Positions 7,183 to 16,914 are shown, numbered from the stretch's first letter. The stretch: 32,000 bases of DNA from an uncultured Nitrososphaerales archaeon (GCA_963695855.1 CAVOHZ010000010.1:1497150-1529149); one strand, 5' to 3'. The notes: a model not told the origin generated them from the letters alone. Made by a program: numbers and translations.

Positions 7183-8157
7183 TTAGTAGTGAAAGATGGT
7201 ATCTCCAATAGTTTTTTTCCAATCAGAACGGATCCCTGGTCTTCCCTTCAATTTTTCTACGTAGTTAAATGCAGATAAGCCAGCTGCAGCTCCATCTCCG
7301 CATGCAGCTACAATCTGTTTATATCGTATATTCGTCGCATCTCCAGCAGCAAATATCGCTGGATGTACAGTTTTTTCTCCGTCCATTATCTCTATCTCTC
7401 CTTTTGTGTTAATCTTGACCAAATGTTTCACAAAATCCAAATTTATTTTTGAACCCATTTCAATAAATAATCCATCTATACTGATGGTTTTTTCAGCTCC
7501 CATGCTATCCAGAAGAGTTATCTGCTGAATGGTATTATTTCCAGAGATTGATTTAATAGATGTATTGGGAAACAATTCAACATTTTCTTTTTTTTCAATA
7601 GATGCTATCATATCTTTATCTCCTCCTAGTTTTCCTCCTCTGTAAATCAAATAAACTTTAGACGCCATTCTTGAAAGTAATATACCTGATTCCAGTAGAT
7701 AACCACCTACTCCAACTGCTGCAGTAACTCTTCCTTGATAAAATGGTCCATCACATTTCGTACAATAATGTACACCTTTATTTGCTAACTTATTTTCATT
7801 TTCTAAACCTAAATTATTTGGGACCTTTCCTGGTGCTAGTACTACTGCTTTTGCTACATATTCTGAACGTATTGTTTTAATTTTTAAGCCATCTTCAAAT
7901 TCATCAATTCTCTCTACGGTGTCATATGTTATTTCACCGCCAAAAGTTAGAAATTGATTTTCTAGAGTTCTTGCAAGCAACGGTCCGCTTGACATGATTG
8001 TGCCAGGATAGTTTTCAAGTTTTGGGATTAAATTAAGTTGACCTCCAAGATCTTTTGATATTATTAAACAAGATGTTCTTTGTCTAGCAACAAAAATACC
8101 TGCAGACAAACCAGCAGGTCCTGCTCCAACCACCACTATTTCATATTCTTGAGTCAT
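7183..8157 (-). CDS. trxB: Thioredoxin-reductase-like FAD-dependent pyridine nucleotide-disulfide oxidoreductase
   Basis: 324-aa ORF. FAD motif VVVGAGPAGLSAG, redox-active CTKCDG (CxxC), C-terminal AAGDA. The second dinucleotide motif looks degenerate (AAVGVGGYLLESG). Confidence 0.7.
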   Translation of the reverse strand: MTQEYEIVVVGAGPAGLSAGIFVARQRTSCLIISKDLGGQLNLIPKLENYPGTIMSSGPLLARTLENQFLTFGGEITYDTVERIDEFEDGLKIKTIRSEYVAKAVVLAPGKVPNNLGLENENKLANKGVHYCTKCDGPFYQGRVTAAVGVGGYLLESGILLSRMASKVYLIYRGGKLGGDKDMIASIEKKENVELFPNTSIKSISGNNTIQQITLLDSMGAEKTISIDGLFIEMGSKINLDFVKHLVKINTKGEIEIMDGEKTVHPAIFAAGDATNIRYKQIVAACGDGAAAGLSAFNYVEKLKGRPGIRSDWKKTIGDTIFHY

Positions 8158-8161
8158 GTTA

Positions 8162-8392
8162 CTATGACACCGAGATTAACGTTGTAAGATTACTAATTCC
8201 ATCAATACCGTGAAGATGCACATCTATTGAATTTTTCAACTCTTGCATATCAGATGATTCTAAAATTATTAAAACATCATAAATTCCATATGTTATTTTT
8301 ACTGTTTTGACAGTAGGAATTTTCTTTACTTCTTCAATGAGTTTTTTTTGTTTTTTATAATCTACATTTAATAGAACATATGCTTCATTCAT
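8162..8392 (-). CDS. Stand-alone Lrp/AsnC-type ligand-binding (RAM) domain protein
   Basis: 76-aa ORF, 4 nt upstream of the TrxR-like gene. Its length and pattern (AYVLLNV...IPTVKTVKITYGIYDVLIILESSDMQELKN...GIDGISNLTTLISV) match the AsnC-type RAM fold. Confidence 0.65.
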   Translation of the reverse strand: MNEAYVLLNVDYKKQKKLIEEVKKIPTVKTVKITYGIYDVLIILESSDMQELKNSIDVHLHGIDGISNLTTLISVS

Positions 8393-8525
8393 CTAATTGT
8401 CTTTTATTTATTTTCTCTATTTCAACTTTGTCATCTTGGAGATTTATTTTTTACATTGTTCTGCATTGCATAACAAAATATTTTAATTATAAGAAGTTTG
8501 AAATAAAACAGCTCTTAATTTTTAA

Positions 8526-8906
8526 ATGGTAATAACTAAAAAGTATGTTTTACACTTTGAAATAACTGAGAGTGGAGGATCTAATCTGGGAAAATAACAG
8601 TAAGATTAAAGATTGAAGTATTTTTAAACTTGAACTTGTTGATACTGTAATTTCCTCAATTAAGAACATAGGATTTGAAACAACATTGTATGAGTGTAAA
8701 GGTGATGGAAAAGAGAAACAAAAAGTGAGAGCAGGGGGTAGTAGTCAGGTAATAGAATTAGGGTATTGAACTAGATCAATCTCTGTAAGTATAGTTAATT
8801 GGTATAGACTTTCTGAATTATTGGACGAAATCAAAAAAACTAATACATATTTAATGCTAAAATAGGCGTGATAGCGATTTATCCGATGGATGCTTTAATG
8901 CATATG
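8526..8906 (+). pseudogene. Decayed paralog of the PII-like gene at 4786-5172
   Basis: Hand translation across three frames gives four pieces: MVITKKYVLHFEITES.., KIEVFL.., ELVDTVISSIKNIGFETTLYECKGDGKEKQKVRAGGSSQVIELGY*, and KIGVIAIYPMDALMHM. These align in order with MTDKKAVLPFEIDKSE / KKIEIF / EQVDEIISGIESLNLEATLYDSHGYGQSKQKIRSG / KKIGVISIQPVDTLLHL. At least two frameshifts and several stops are present. Confidence 0.6.
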
Positions 8907-9256
8907 CAATTTTTTTGTAGAAAATAGATACTAAATATATCTCAAATTTATTTTTAATATTAAGTCACTTGTCTAAATATACTATTTTTCGTTTTACTAA
9001 TAGACCATCACTCGTAACAAAATAGATATTTCTTTTTCATTTACAAAACATCAATCCTAAATAAGATTCTCTAGCACATATTGGTACTATTGGATATAAT
9101 AATATAAAATAACTCATTATTGATCTAAAAGTTAGAAGGTCATTAATAATTAAATTGAACAGAATCTTTGTAGATACTTATCTTAATAAATTTTCATAGT
9201 ATAATTTGTATTGTTTAATGCATAAATAATATAAAGATAAAGTTAATAGTTGATTT

Positions 9257-9571
9257 ATGGTAAAATTCATGGTAGGAAAAAAATCTGATCTTCCAGAAGG
9301 GAAGATGACCCATATAACTGCAGGGGGTAAAGAGATTCTTGTAGCTAACGTTGAGGGGGCTTATTATGCAATTGGTAATATCTGTACTCACGCAGGCGCA
9401 GAACTACATGAAGGTGAATTAGAAGGTAAAGAATTAAGATGTCCCTGGCATGGTTCAAAATGGGACGTGACTAACGGGAATCTTATATGGTTTCCACAGA
9501 ACCTGAAATCGGTTGGTTCATATCCTACAAGTATAGAAAATGATACAATTTATGTAGATGTAGAAGTCTAG
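9257..9571 (+). CDS. Rieske [2Fe-2S] ferredoxin-type protein
   Basis: 104-aa ORF with CTHAGAELHEG...CPWHGSKWD, matching the Rieske pattern CxH ... CxxH. Confidence 0.8.
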   Translation: MVKFMVGKKSDLPEGKMTHITAGGKEILVANVEGAYYAIGNICTHAGAELHEGELEGKELRCPWHGSKWDVTNGNLIWFPQNLKSVGSYPTSIENDTIYVDVEV

Positions 9572-9655
9572 GGTATCATTATATTTTAGAACCTTCTTCA
9601 TTTTTATTCTGGAGATATAATATCAGTTTATATATCATTTTTTTTCAATCGTTCT

Positions 9656-10195
9656 ATGGAAATTCTACAAGAAAGAGATCTAGCTAGATATCTTTTTAAT
9701 CAGTATACAATTAATCCTAAAAACTGGAATTTTATTATCTCAACATCACCTATTCGTAATTCTTTCTTTGATGCTTTAATCTCAAATTCTAATGAAGTGT
9801 GGCAATTAAAGATAGACTCACTCTACAAACCAAACCCTATGATTATGGGCGCAAAGGTTGATAACGATCCTTCAAAGCTTGAAAAGAAGATAAGTAATAG
9901 ATCTCATTTTGGATATAGAAGTCTTGAGACAAGTACAATTATGAATTTTCTTAAAAATCTATCAGAAGAACAAAATAATAATTCTGTAAAAGACGATGAC
10001 ATCAATATACGTCTTCATTCTTTGTTGTCATCATTGGAACCGGTTAAACCTATCAGGGGGAAAAACTACTTATGCGGCCCATTCATTTTTACAGAAAAAA
10101 AACTTAAATTCGATAATAATCATGATAAAATATCAGAAACGATCTCCTCTAAAATGAAAGAAAAGTTAAGAAGAAAATATTCTTCTTATGGCTAG
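9656..10195 (+). CDS. Hypothetical protein
   Basis: 179-aa ORF with no recognisable motifs. Called only on length and its non-overlapping position. Confidence 0.4.
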   Translation: MEILQERDLARYLFNQYTINPKNWNFIISTSPIRNSFFDALISNSNEVWQLKIDSLYKPNPMIMGAKVDNDPSKLEKKISNRSHFGYRSLETSTIMNFLKNLSEEQNNNSVKDDDINIRLHSLLSSLEPVKPIRGKNYLCGPFIFTEKKLKFDNNHDKISETISSKMKEKLRRKYSSYG

Positions 10196-10240
10196 TCATT
10201 ATACATATTTTCTGTGAACTCATTTTCTCTTTTTAAATTA

Positions 10241-10861
10241 TTAGGTTTCATTTAACAATTTTCTATTTTGTCTCCATTTCATCAACAGGTATGTAATTGT
10301 TAGCAATATTCCAGCCAGTAAAATTGTTGTTATATCTTGTTTATTAATATGAAATGAACAAATGGAATCTTCAGAATAACAACTTAAACTAAAAAATAAT
10401 ATATTCCATATTGAATGAGCCGTTATTGCAAACCATCCCTTTCTACTTATCCATGTTCTTAGGCTATAGAATAATGATGGTATTACAAATAACCAGTTGG
10501 CATATGCTAATTGATTTATGTCTGTGGGAAATGTATTAATAATATGTAACATAGCCCAGATTATTCCTCCTGCCAAAGTCACTACATTATTCCCAAATAA
10601 ATAAAATGGAATTCCAAAAAAAAGTGACTCCTCAATCGGACCTGCCATAATAACCGGAATCAATGAATGAGGGATAGATGATTCTTCATAATCAAAGATA
10701 TTATCTATAATAGATGTTCCTATTAATAAGCCAATTATTCCTATACCATGATAAAAAAGGAACATCAAAGTCAAGTATCCTGCCGATGTATTTTGATAAA
10801 TCGATGTCCAATTTCTTGGATTGATATCTTGATAGAAGGTATATATAAATTTGTTAAGCAT
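10241..10861 (-). CDS. CPBP-family (CAAX/Abi-like) intramembrane metalloprotease
   Basis: 206-aa polytopic membrane ORF. Motifs in the expected order: IEESLFFG (EExxx-type), WAMLHI (FxxxH-like), AHSIWNILF (HxxxN). Confidence 0.65.
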   Translation of the reverse strand: MLNKFIYTFYQDINPRNWTSIYQNTSAGYLTLMFLFYHGIGIIGLLIGTSIIDNIFDYEESSIPHSLIPVIMAGPIEESLFFGIPFYLFGNNVVTLAGGIIWAMLHIINTFPTDINQLAYANWLFVIPSLFYSLRTWISRKGWFAITAHSIWNILFFSLSCYSEDSICSFHINKQDITTILLAGILLTITYLLMKWRQNRKLLNET

Positions 10862-10984
10862 GATCTTGATAAATCTTGAAATTAATTACCTATATAAAAT
10901 TTCAAGATATACTAGTATCTCCTAAGCATTACTATCATGAATTTAATCGATAAATATAACAATAATTTATTATATGTATATAAA

Positions 10985-11200
10985 ATGAAATATCTTGTTA
11001 CAGTTAGTTTTAACTCTTCACATTTTTTTCATGTAGAAAATAATGAGATCAAAATTTCATTAAAATCTAAACCAGAATTAGGAAAGGCAAATAGAGAATT
11101 AATAAAGTCATTATCAGAACACTTCAACGTCTCTACCAATAAAATAAAAATATTATCAGGATTCTCTACAAGGAATAAAGTAGTGGAGATTTTATTCTAA
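10985..11200 (+). CDS. DUF167/YggU-family small protein
   Basis: The pattern IKISLKSKPELGKANRELIKSLSEHFNVSTNKIKILSGFSTRNKVVEI matches the YggU signature (...GkAN..l...L......v.i..G..sr.K.v.i). The internal ATG at 10985 is preferred over the ORF-track start at 10937. Confidence 0.6.
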   Translation: MKYLVTVSFNSSHFFHVENNEIKISLKSKPELGKANRELIKSLSEHFNVSTNKIKILSGFSTRNKVVEILF

Positions 11201-11288
11201 TCAAATAATTCCGTATCTACATTTTAATTATTTGAATACAATTAGAAACAAAGTAAATTATAACTGTTAATTGAGCCTCTAATTGGCA

Positions 11289-11708
11289 ATGAAATCAATT
11301 ACAAGATATTTGACTTTGAACACATCAAAAAGAATGGAATTGATAAATATTACATCGCAAGTAAGAAAGGCTGTTGAAGAAAGTCAAGTCAAGGAAGGAT
11401 TGTGTCTTGTAAATGCAATGCATATTTCTGCTAGTGTTTTCATTAACGATAATGAAAACGGACTTCATTATGATTTTGAAAAATGGTTAGAAAAATTGGC
11501 ACCTCATAATCCAATTGAACAATATAAGCATAATGATACAGGAGAAGATAATGCTGACGCACATTTAAAACGCCAGGTAATGGGACGTGAAGTAGTTGTA
11601 GCAATTACAAGTGGAAAACTAGATTTTGGTCCTTGGGAACAAATTTTCTATGGCGAGTTTGATGGACAGAGACCAAAAAGAGTATTAATCAAAGTATTGG
11701 GCGAATAA
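11289..11708 (+). CDS. YjbQ/UPF0047 family protein (secondary thiamine-phosphate synthase-like)
   Basis: The layout resembles UPF0047: ITSQVRKAV...[20 protein letters not shown]...[40 protein letters not shown]. The ATG at 11289 is preferred over the upstream TTG at 11283. Confidence 0.75.
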   Translation: MKSITRYLTLNTSKRMELINITSQVRKAVEESQVKEGLCLVNAMHISASVFINDNENGLHYDFEKWLEKLAPHNPIEQYKHNDTGEDNADAHLKRQVMGREVVVAITSGKLDFGPWEQIFYGEFDGQRPKRVLIKVLGE

Positions 11709-12168
11709 AAGATTGTGAAATCTATTAAATTATTTTTATTCAATTTTGATAGAAAAAAATTGAACGTGGAAATCATATATTTTTATAGTATAATATACAC
11801 AAAAAATAATTTGTTAATTTTTGATATATGTTAATTTTTGGTGATGTTAATACTTCTAGTAAATGATTCTAGGTATTTATTTTCAAATTTTAGGTGCTTT
11901 AACAAATACAAGTATATTAATTGTTATTTGATCAGATTTATTGGGAATGCTTATCTTTCTGTTCTCAATTTGCTGTAATTTATATATTTTATATCTTCAT
12001 GTACAACTTAGACTTCATAATTTGTTTTAATTGGCATTTTCTATGCTGATTTTTAAGTATTTATCATATCATATGATCTGATCGTTTCTGTTTCTCGTTT
12101 AACACTTTGGTATTTGTTTTTCTATTACCCAAGATCGACTGTGCATTTATTCAGAATTCAATTTGTAT

Positions 12169-12441
12169 CTATGAATCAAATTCATTTCTTGGAATTTCAT
12201 TTTTATCTAAAAGTAATTTTCTAAAATCTTTACTTATTGACGCCCTTTCCCAAAATCTTGTTTGATTGTTTTCAGTTTTTTTTATCCATATTATATTTCC
12301 ATCAAGATCAACTTCTATTATCTTTGATCTGACAAGATACTTGAAAATTGTATTTACCTTTATGGAGTTTAAATTACCTCTCAAGATTTTTTGAAGATCT
12401 CTGACCTTAGTGTATTCTTTTGATTGCTGTATTGTATTCAA
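12169..12441 (-). CDS. Hypothetical small protein (possible winged-helix)
   Basis: 90-aa ORF. TTG is the only canonical start in the open frame. The fold guess is weak. Confidence 0.35.
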   Translation of the reverse strand: MNTIQQSKEYTKVRDLQKILRGNLNSIKVNTIFKYLVRSKIIEVDLDGNIIWIKKTENNQTRFWERASISKDFRKLLLDKNEIPRNEFDS

Positions 12442-12699
12442 GAATAGAGTAATATCTTCTTGTTTAATCTCATTTACTGGATCCTTTTTATTTATTTTCC
12501 TATTTTTTATATTATCATAATTTGTGATGTCATTATAAAATCCTATTGAAAAGTTGTTATTCTTGATGATGTTTATATTTCAAATATCTCGATAGATAAT
12601 ATAATTAATTCAAATTACTAGAAAATAATATTAAAGATTTTTAAGGTTAGATTCCATATTATTTGCCAACCATTCGTAGTATTTTCTCTGTTTTCCAAT

Positions 12700-12927
12700 T
12701 TATTCGAACTTGTCATTTTCAATTCTTTCTAACACATTATTTATATTGTGTGATTGTGCGGATAATAGAGTATCTGCCATAACGAACAGTCTTAGATTTT
12801 CTTTCATCAAATGACTAGAAACATGGTTTAAATAATTTTGGATATTCTCAATCAATTTATTCGGGTCGTCATTCTGTATGTATTCTATCATTGAGGATTC
12901 TATTTTTTCTGCTATTTTGATAGTCAA
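12700..12927 (-). CDS. Hypothetical small helical protein
   Basis: 75-aa ORF with a TTG start and no motifs. Confidence 0.3.
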   Translation of the reverse strand: MTIKIAEKIESSMIEYIQNDDPNKLIENIQNYLNHVSSHLMKENLRLFVMADTLLSAQSHNINNVLERIENDKFE

Positions 12928-12978
12928 TTCATGTTCAAATAATTTTGAAAACTAAAAATAATACCTCACGAGTTAACT

Positions 12979-13782
12979 AATAACTTTAACACTAACAACA
13001 AATACAAAAAAATAAAAAAAGAGTGGATTGAAGTCTTTTTTTCTATGGAATGGATCTGCTGTACAGTTTTCCTTCCAATGCTAGCTTGTACATCTCTGCT
13101 ACATACGGGTTCTTTCCTGGTGTTTCAGCACCAAGTTCTACTAGACGTGCATATACTCTTACTACATAAGCAAGAGCACCCATGAAAGCCACAACGACTC
13201 CCATGTTAAACATCCAGTGGTTAGGAACAGAAAATATTTCTTCTACGAACCAGAAGTGCCACATTTCGTTGATACCAATGGTAAACATTGTAGCCAAGTA
13301 ACCAATTATGGTTATCTTTAATCCTGTATTCATAGAATTGTTTGGACCTCTCAGGACAGGAACTCTTCTGTCGTACATTGCGACAAATCCCCATCCTAAT
13401 GGTAATGCAATAAAGTGACTGTATAACCACCAATGAGCTGGTGTGAATGCACTATCCCTAATAGCTGTCTGATGTAAAGAACCATCAACGAAGTTATCAA
13501 CTTCTACTGATGCAGCGATAGAACCTAACATAATGACCATTATGTAGATCTTTTTCAGTCTTTGAATTTCTACTTCTTTTGGTATTAGAGCGGGCATCTG
13601 AGCCATATCGATTTGATCACTCTTTACTTCTTGAAAGTATAATTTAAACATGTATCGGAAAAAACAACGAGTAAAAATGTAAAATATAGACAAAAATAAA
13701 ATAAAATTGTAAAATTTTTAATTTTATAGAATATAAAGTATAGATTTTAATACGGAGCTCTGCTTATCACTAATGCTTATCA
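12979..13782. repeat. Left arm of the ~804-bp apparently perfect inverted repeat carrying amoC
   Basis: This arm is the reverse complement of 16915-17719. Both junctions and ~150 nt of the coding 3' end were checked base by base. The in-frame (216 aa) and out-of-frame (70 aa) ORF translations are identical in both arms. Confidence 0.9.
13043..13606 (-). CDS. amoC: Ammonia monooxygenase subunit C, copy 1
   Basis: MAQMPALIPKEVEIQRLKKIY...VDNFVDGSLHQTAIRDSAFTPAHWWLYSHF...VPVLRGPNNSMNTGLK... is recognisably archaeal AmoC. The start is set at the ATG giving ~187 aa rather than the upstream TTG used in the ORF track. Confidence 0.9.
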   Translation of the reverse strand: MAQMPALIPKEVEIQRLKKIYIMVIMLGSIAASVEVDNFVDGSLHQTAIRDSAFTPAHWWLYSHFIALPLGWGFVAMYDRRVPVLRGPNNSMNTGLKITIIGYLATMFTIGINEMWHFWFVEEIFSVPNHWMFNMGVVVAFMGALAYVVRVYARLVELGAETPGKNPYVAEMYKLALEGKLYSRSIP

Positions 13783-13903
13783 TTACTGATGATCAACATG
13801 CAAATTTCCTTCATTCAATAATATTGCTTATTGATTTAAAGCTCCTGTATTTATTACCTTATGTTATAAAATTTTAGATTGGAATTACTTTTATATTCAA
13901 ATA

Positions 13904-15502
13904 TTAATAACCCAGATTCTTAAGAATGCCTTCTCGGTCAATATTTCTAACATGAATTTTTCCTGATTTAGAAACATAATCTGGTATTCCTATTCCAGCA
14001 GCTAAAATAGGAGTTCTATTTATTGAATGTGGCAGAAAAAAGTTTGTCACTTCATCATCATAAAAAGTAGAACCAGATGCACCTAATCCTTGTGCATAAG
14101 CAGCAAGATATATCTTTCCTAATCGTATTCCACCTTCCAATTGTACGGCTCTATATCCTCTATTACCTAACTTTTTCAATATTTTATTTATATCAGCCAA
14201 AATGAAACAAACAGTACTTGCATCAAAGAGAAGTTTTTGATCTAAACATAGATGTTCAGAAGCTGTTCTAAAATCACCAGTTTCAAGTTCATTAAGGGTA
14301 TTATTAATTTTATCATAGAAATAACTACCCGATTTAATGCCTTCGACAGCATTAACAATTAGATAAATATCTATCAAACTATCATCATGTTGAATAAAAT
14401 CAAATGGAATATTTTTATTTGCAAGGTATAGGATTTTTTCTAGTTGTGATTGTGTTATTGGTTTCTGAGAAAATTTTCTAGTTGAACCTCTTTGCAAAAT
14501 CACCTTATATAATGGAGGTCCTGTTTCAAGATTTTCTCTTACAAGACTAATTTTATCAGGTTTCTTAGAATATCTTACTGTTTTTAAAATTTCAACCCAT
14601 TTTTTTACATCATTTTCATATTCTAAATAAGAACCTTCGTGTACCTTCCATATTTGTGGAAAGTTAAGTTCTCCATATCTAGAAATTGGAATGGTATCAA
14701 ATTTTACATCTAGATTTTCTATATATTTGTTAGAGATTTCTTTTTCCTCTATTGTACCTACACCCAATGGAGATAACACAATTGCTGCCTCTTTTCGAGC
14801 TGGTAGCGAAATTATTTTGTTGACTAGATCATCTTGAAAACCCACGATGATCTCAGTTAATAAAGAATTTGCGTTACACAGAGATAGATAATTGGATATT
14901 ATTGTTCCAACATCCCAGAACCAATGTCGATATGATCTGTCTTGGTATTTCCATGAATTTCTCCAAGAAATAGAAGTAAAAATAAGAGTTACAGGAGACG
15001 TAATTATTTTTTCATTGTTTCCACAAGCATGATACAGAGTGGATCTATAATCACCGCTATGTAATTTGGTTAATGTAAAATCTCCAGGACAAAAATGATA
15101 TATTCCATCTTCTAGGTCACGTATATGCGTACATGCTAAATAAATTTCAATTGGATATAAAGCCCCTGTAGCTGATGCAGATCTCATGTAATAAATTGAA
15201 TTATTAGTCTTCATTATCCGCGTAATTCCTGCTGAAAGGAATAAAATTTGCGAAATTCTCATTAAATCTAGTTCATTAGAGGACATATTAGAAAAATTTT
15301 GTTCGTTTTGTAAACATGTAATAACGTCATTATCCGCAAGAGGAAAATTGGATGGTAAATATAATAAATCTAAATTATTAAAAAATTTAAAGGGTGAAGG
15401 TTTATTCTCCCAGTCCAAAAAATGAATGTTTGAATATACAGTAGATGGAGAATGTTTCGTAATCTGATGATATTCTTTTGCAATACCGATTTTATTATTC
15501 AA
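13904..15502 (-). CDS. SagB-type dehydrogenase domain fused to a nitroreductase-family domain
   Basis: 532-aa ORF. The N-terminal half has YHQITKHS...W.NKPSPFK and RSASATGALYPIEIYL (SagB-type signature). The C-terminal half starts with LQRGSTRKFSQKPITQSQLEKILYLAN (the nitroreductase RRSxRxF-type motif). TTG start. Confidence 0.75.
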   Translation of the reverse strand: MNNKIGIAKEYHQITKHSPSTVYSNIHFLDWENKPSPFKFFNNLDLLYLPSNFPLADNDVITCLQNEQNFSNMSSNELDLMRISQILFLSAGITRIMKTNNSIYYMRSASATGALYPIEIYLACTHIRDLEDGIYHFCPGDFTLTKLHSGDYRSTLYHACGNNEKIITSPVTLIFTSISWRNSWKYQDRSYRHWFWDVGTIISNYLSLCNANSLLTEIIVGFQDDLVNKIISLPARKEAAIVLSPLGVGTIEEKEISNKYIENLDVKFDTIPISRYGELNFPQIWKVHEGSYLEYENDVKKWVEILKTVRYSKKPDKISLVRENLETGPPLYKVILQRGSTRKFSQKPITQSQLEKILYLANKNIPFDFIQHDDSLIDIYLIVNAVEGIKSGSYFYDKINNTLNELETGDFRTASEHLCLDQKLLFDASTVCFILADINKILKKLGNRGYRAVQLEGGIRLGKIYLAAYAQGLGASGSTFYDDEVTNFFLPHSINRTPILAAGIGIPDYVSKSGKIHVRNIDREGILKNLGY

Positions 15503-15553
15503 AGGTATATATAATTAAAATTAAAATTTAAAATAATTTTTTAAAAAATTATT

Positions 15554-16570
15554 TTATTTGAATAACCCACCAATGCCACCAAATATTTGATCTAAAATGT
15601 TCTTTCCTTTTTCTTGAGCTCCTTCAGTAACATTCTTTGCTCCTTCACTAATTACTTGACCTGCTTGTTCAGCTCCTTCAGTAACATTCTTTGCTCCTTC
15701 ACTAATTACTTGACCTGCTTGTTCAGCTCCTTCAGTAACATTCTTTGCTCCTTCACTAATTACTTGACCTGCTTGTTCAGCTCCTTCAGTAACATTCTTT
15801 GCTCCTTCACTAATTACTTGACCTGCTTGTTCAGCTCCTTCAGTAACATTCTTTGCTCCTTCACTAATTACTTGACCTGCTTGTTCAGCTCCTTCAGTAA
15901 CATTCTTTGCTCCTTCACTAATTACTTGACCTGCTTGTTCAGCTCCTTCAGTAACATTCTTTGCTCCTTCACTAATTACTTGACCTGCTTGTTCAGCTCC
16001 TTGTTCAGCTCCTTCAGTAACATTCTTTGCTCCTTCACTAATTACTTGACCTGCTTGTTCAGCTCCTTGTTCAGCTCCTTCAGTAACATTCTTTGCTCCT
16101 TCACTAATTACTTGACCTGCTTGTTCAGCTCCTTCAGTAACATTCTTTGCTCCTTCACTAATTACTTGACCTGCTTGTTCAGCTCCTTCAGTAACATTCT
16201 TTGCTCCTTCACTAATTACTTGACCTGCTTGTTCAGCTCCTTCAGTAACATTCTTTGCTCCTTCACTAATTACTTGACCTGCTTGTTCAGCTCCTTCAGT
16301 AACATTCCCCGTTCCTTCAGTAATTATGCTTTCTGCCTGTTGAGCTGCTCCTGTCGCAGCAGATTGAGCTCCCTTAGTAATTACGCTTTCTGCCTGTTGA
16401 GCTGATGACGTTGCATTTTCTACTAAACTTTCAGCTTCATTCTTTATCCCTAAATTTTTTTCCAGTATTTCATTAGTAGTGTTTTGCGCAAAAGCTATAT
16501 GAGAAATTGGTGCTACCAATACCGCAAGAGTTACGATCAAAAGTGTTGAAAATATAGTTTTATCTTTCAT
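15554..16570 (-). CDS. Secreted hydrophilic Ala/Glu/Gly/Gln-rich repeat protein (LEA/hydrophilin-like composition)
   Basis: 338-aa ORF. N-terminal signal/anchor MKDKTIFSTLLIVTLAVLVAPISHIAFAQ. Two degenerate 18-aa repeats are followed by 12 identical GAEQAGQVISEGAKNVTE units, two of which carry an extra GAEQ. Confidence 0.8.
   Translation of the reverse strand: MKDKTIFSTLLIVTLAVLVAPISHIAFAQNTTNEILEKNLGIKNEAESLVENATSSAQQAESVITKGAQSAATGAAQQAESIITEGTGNVTEGAEQAGQVISEGAKNVTEGAEQAGQVISEGAKNVTEGAEQAGQVISEGAKNVTEGAEQAGQVISEGAKNVTEGAEQGAEQAGQVISEGAKNVTEGAEQGAEQAGQVISEGAKNVTEGAEQAGQVISEGAKNVTEGAEQAGQVISEGAKNVTEGAEQAGQVISEGAKNVTEGAEQAGQVISEGAKNVTEGAEQAGQVISEGAKNVTEGAEQAGQVISEGAKNVTEGAQEKGKNILDQIFGGIGGLFK
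15617..16306. repeat. 12 perfect 54-bp tandem repeats plus a partial unit, with two 12-bp nested duplications
   Basis: The unit AGCTCCTTCAGTAACATTCTTTGCTCCTTCACTAATTACTTGACCTGCTTGTTC repeats from 15617. An extra GTTCAGCTCCTT (phase approximate) occurs at about 15995-16006 and 16061-16072. All lengths are divisible by 3. Confidence 0.95.
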
Positions 16571-16914
16571 AAAAAAAATACAATAAATAATATTATTTAT
16601 CTCTTTCCAGAGATAAAATACAAGTTTGTTATATGAAATTAAAAAAACGATCGGTTATAATCAATGCATTTAGTGAGCTGTATTTTTGTCTTGTTTCATA
16701 TGGTTACTTATAAAACGGAAATAGTTTCGATATAAATTTTATCGAAAATAGCTGTAAAATTTACTAAATTATCTGACTATAAAAACTAGCATTACTAGTA
16801 CTTTTATAACGAATTATAAAAATGAGCTTATTATATTGGAAAATTAAAATTTATAATTAATAAATACGCTACTTATTCTATAAATAATATGTTGGTATGG
16901 CTGCTAATCGTCCG

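Noticed and set aside
13221-13433. 70-aa ORF inside amoC (and its twin at 17264-17476)
   Set aside because: It is an out-of-frame overlap within a well-recognised amoC coding sequence. It is useful only as extra evidence that the two arms are identical at nucleotide level.
15617-16306. Possible CRISPR array, because of regularly spaced identical repeats
   Set aside because: The units are directly contiguous with no unique spacers. The period of 54 bp is in frame, and the whole array lies inside a coherent ORF.
15614-16405. 263-aa plus-strand ORF (SSFSNILCSFTNYLTCLF repeats)
   Set aside because: It is the antisense reading of the 54-bp tandem repeats. The minus-strand ORF has a signal peptide, a sensible hydrophilic repeat and non-repeat termini. 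The plus-strand product is a repeat-driven artefact.
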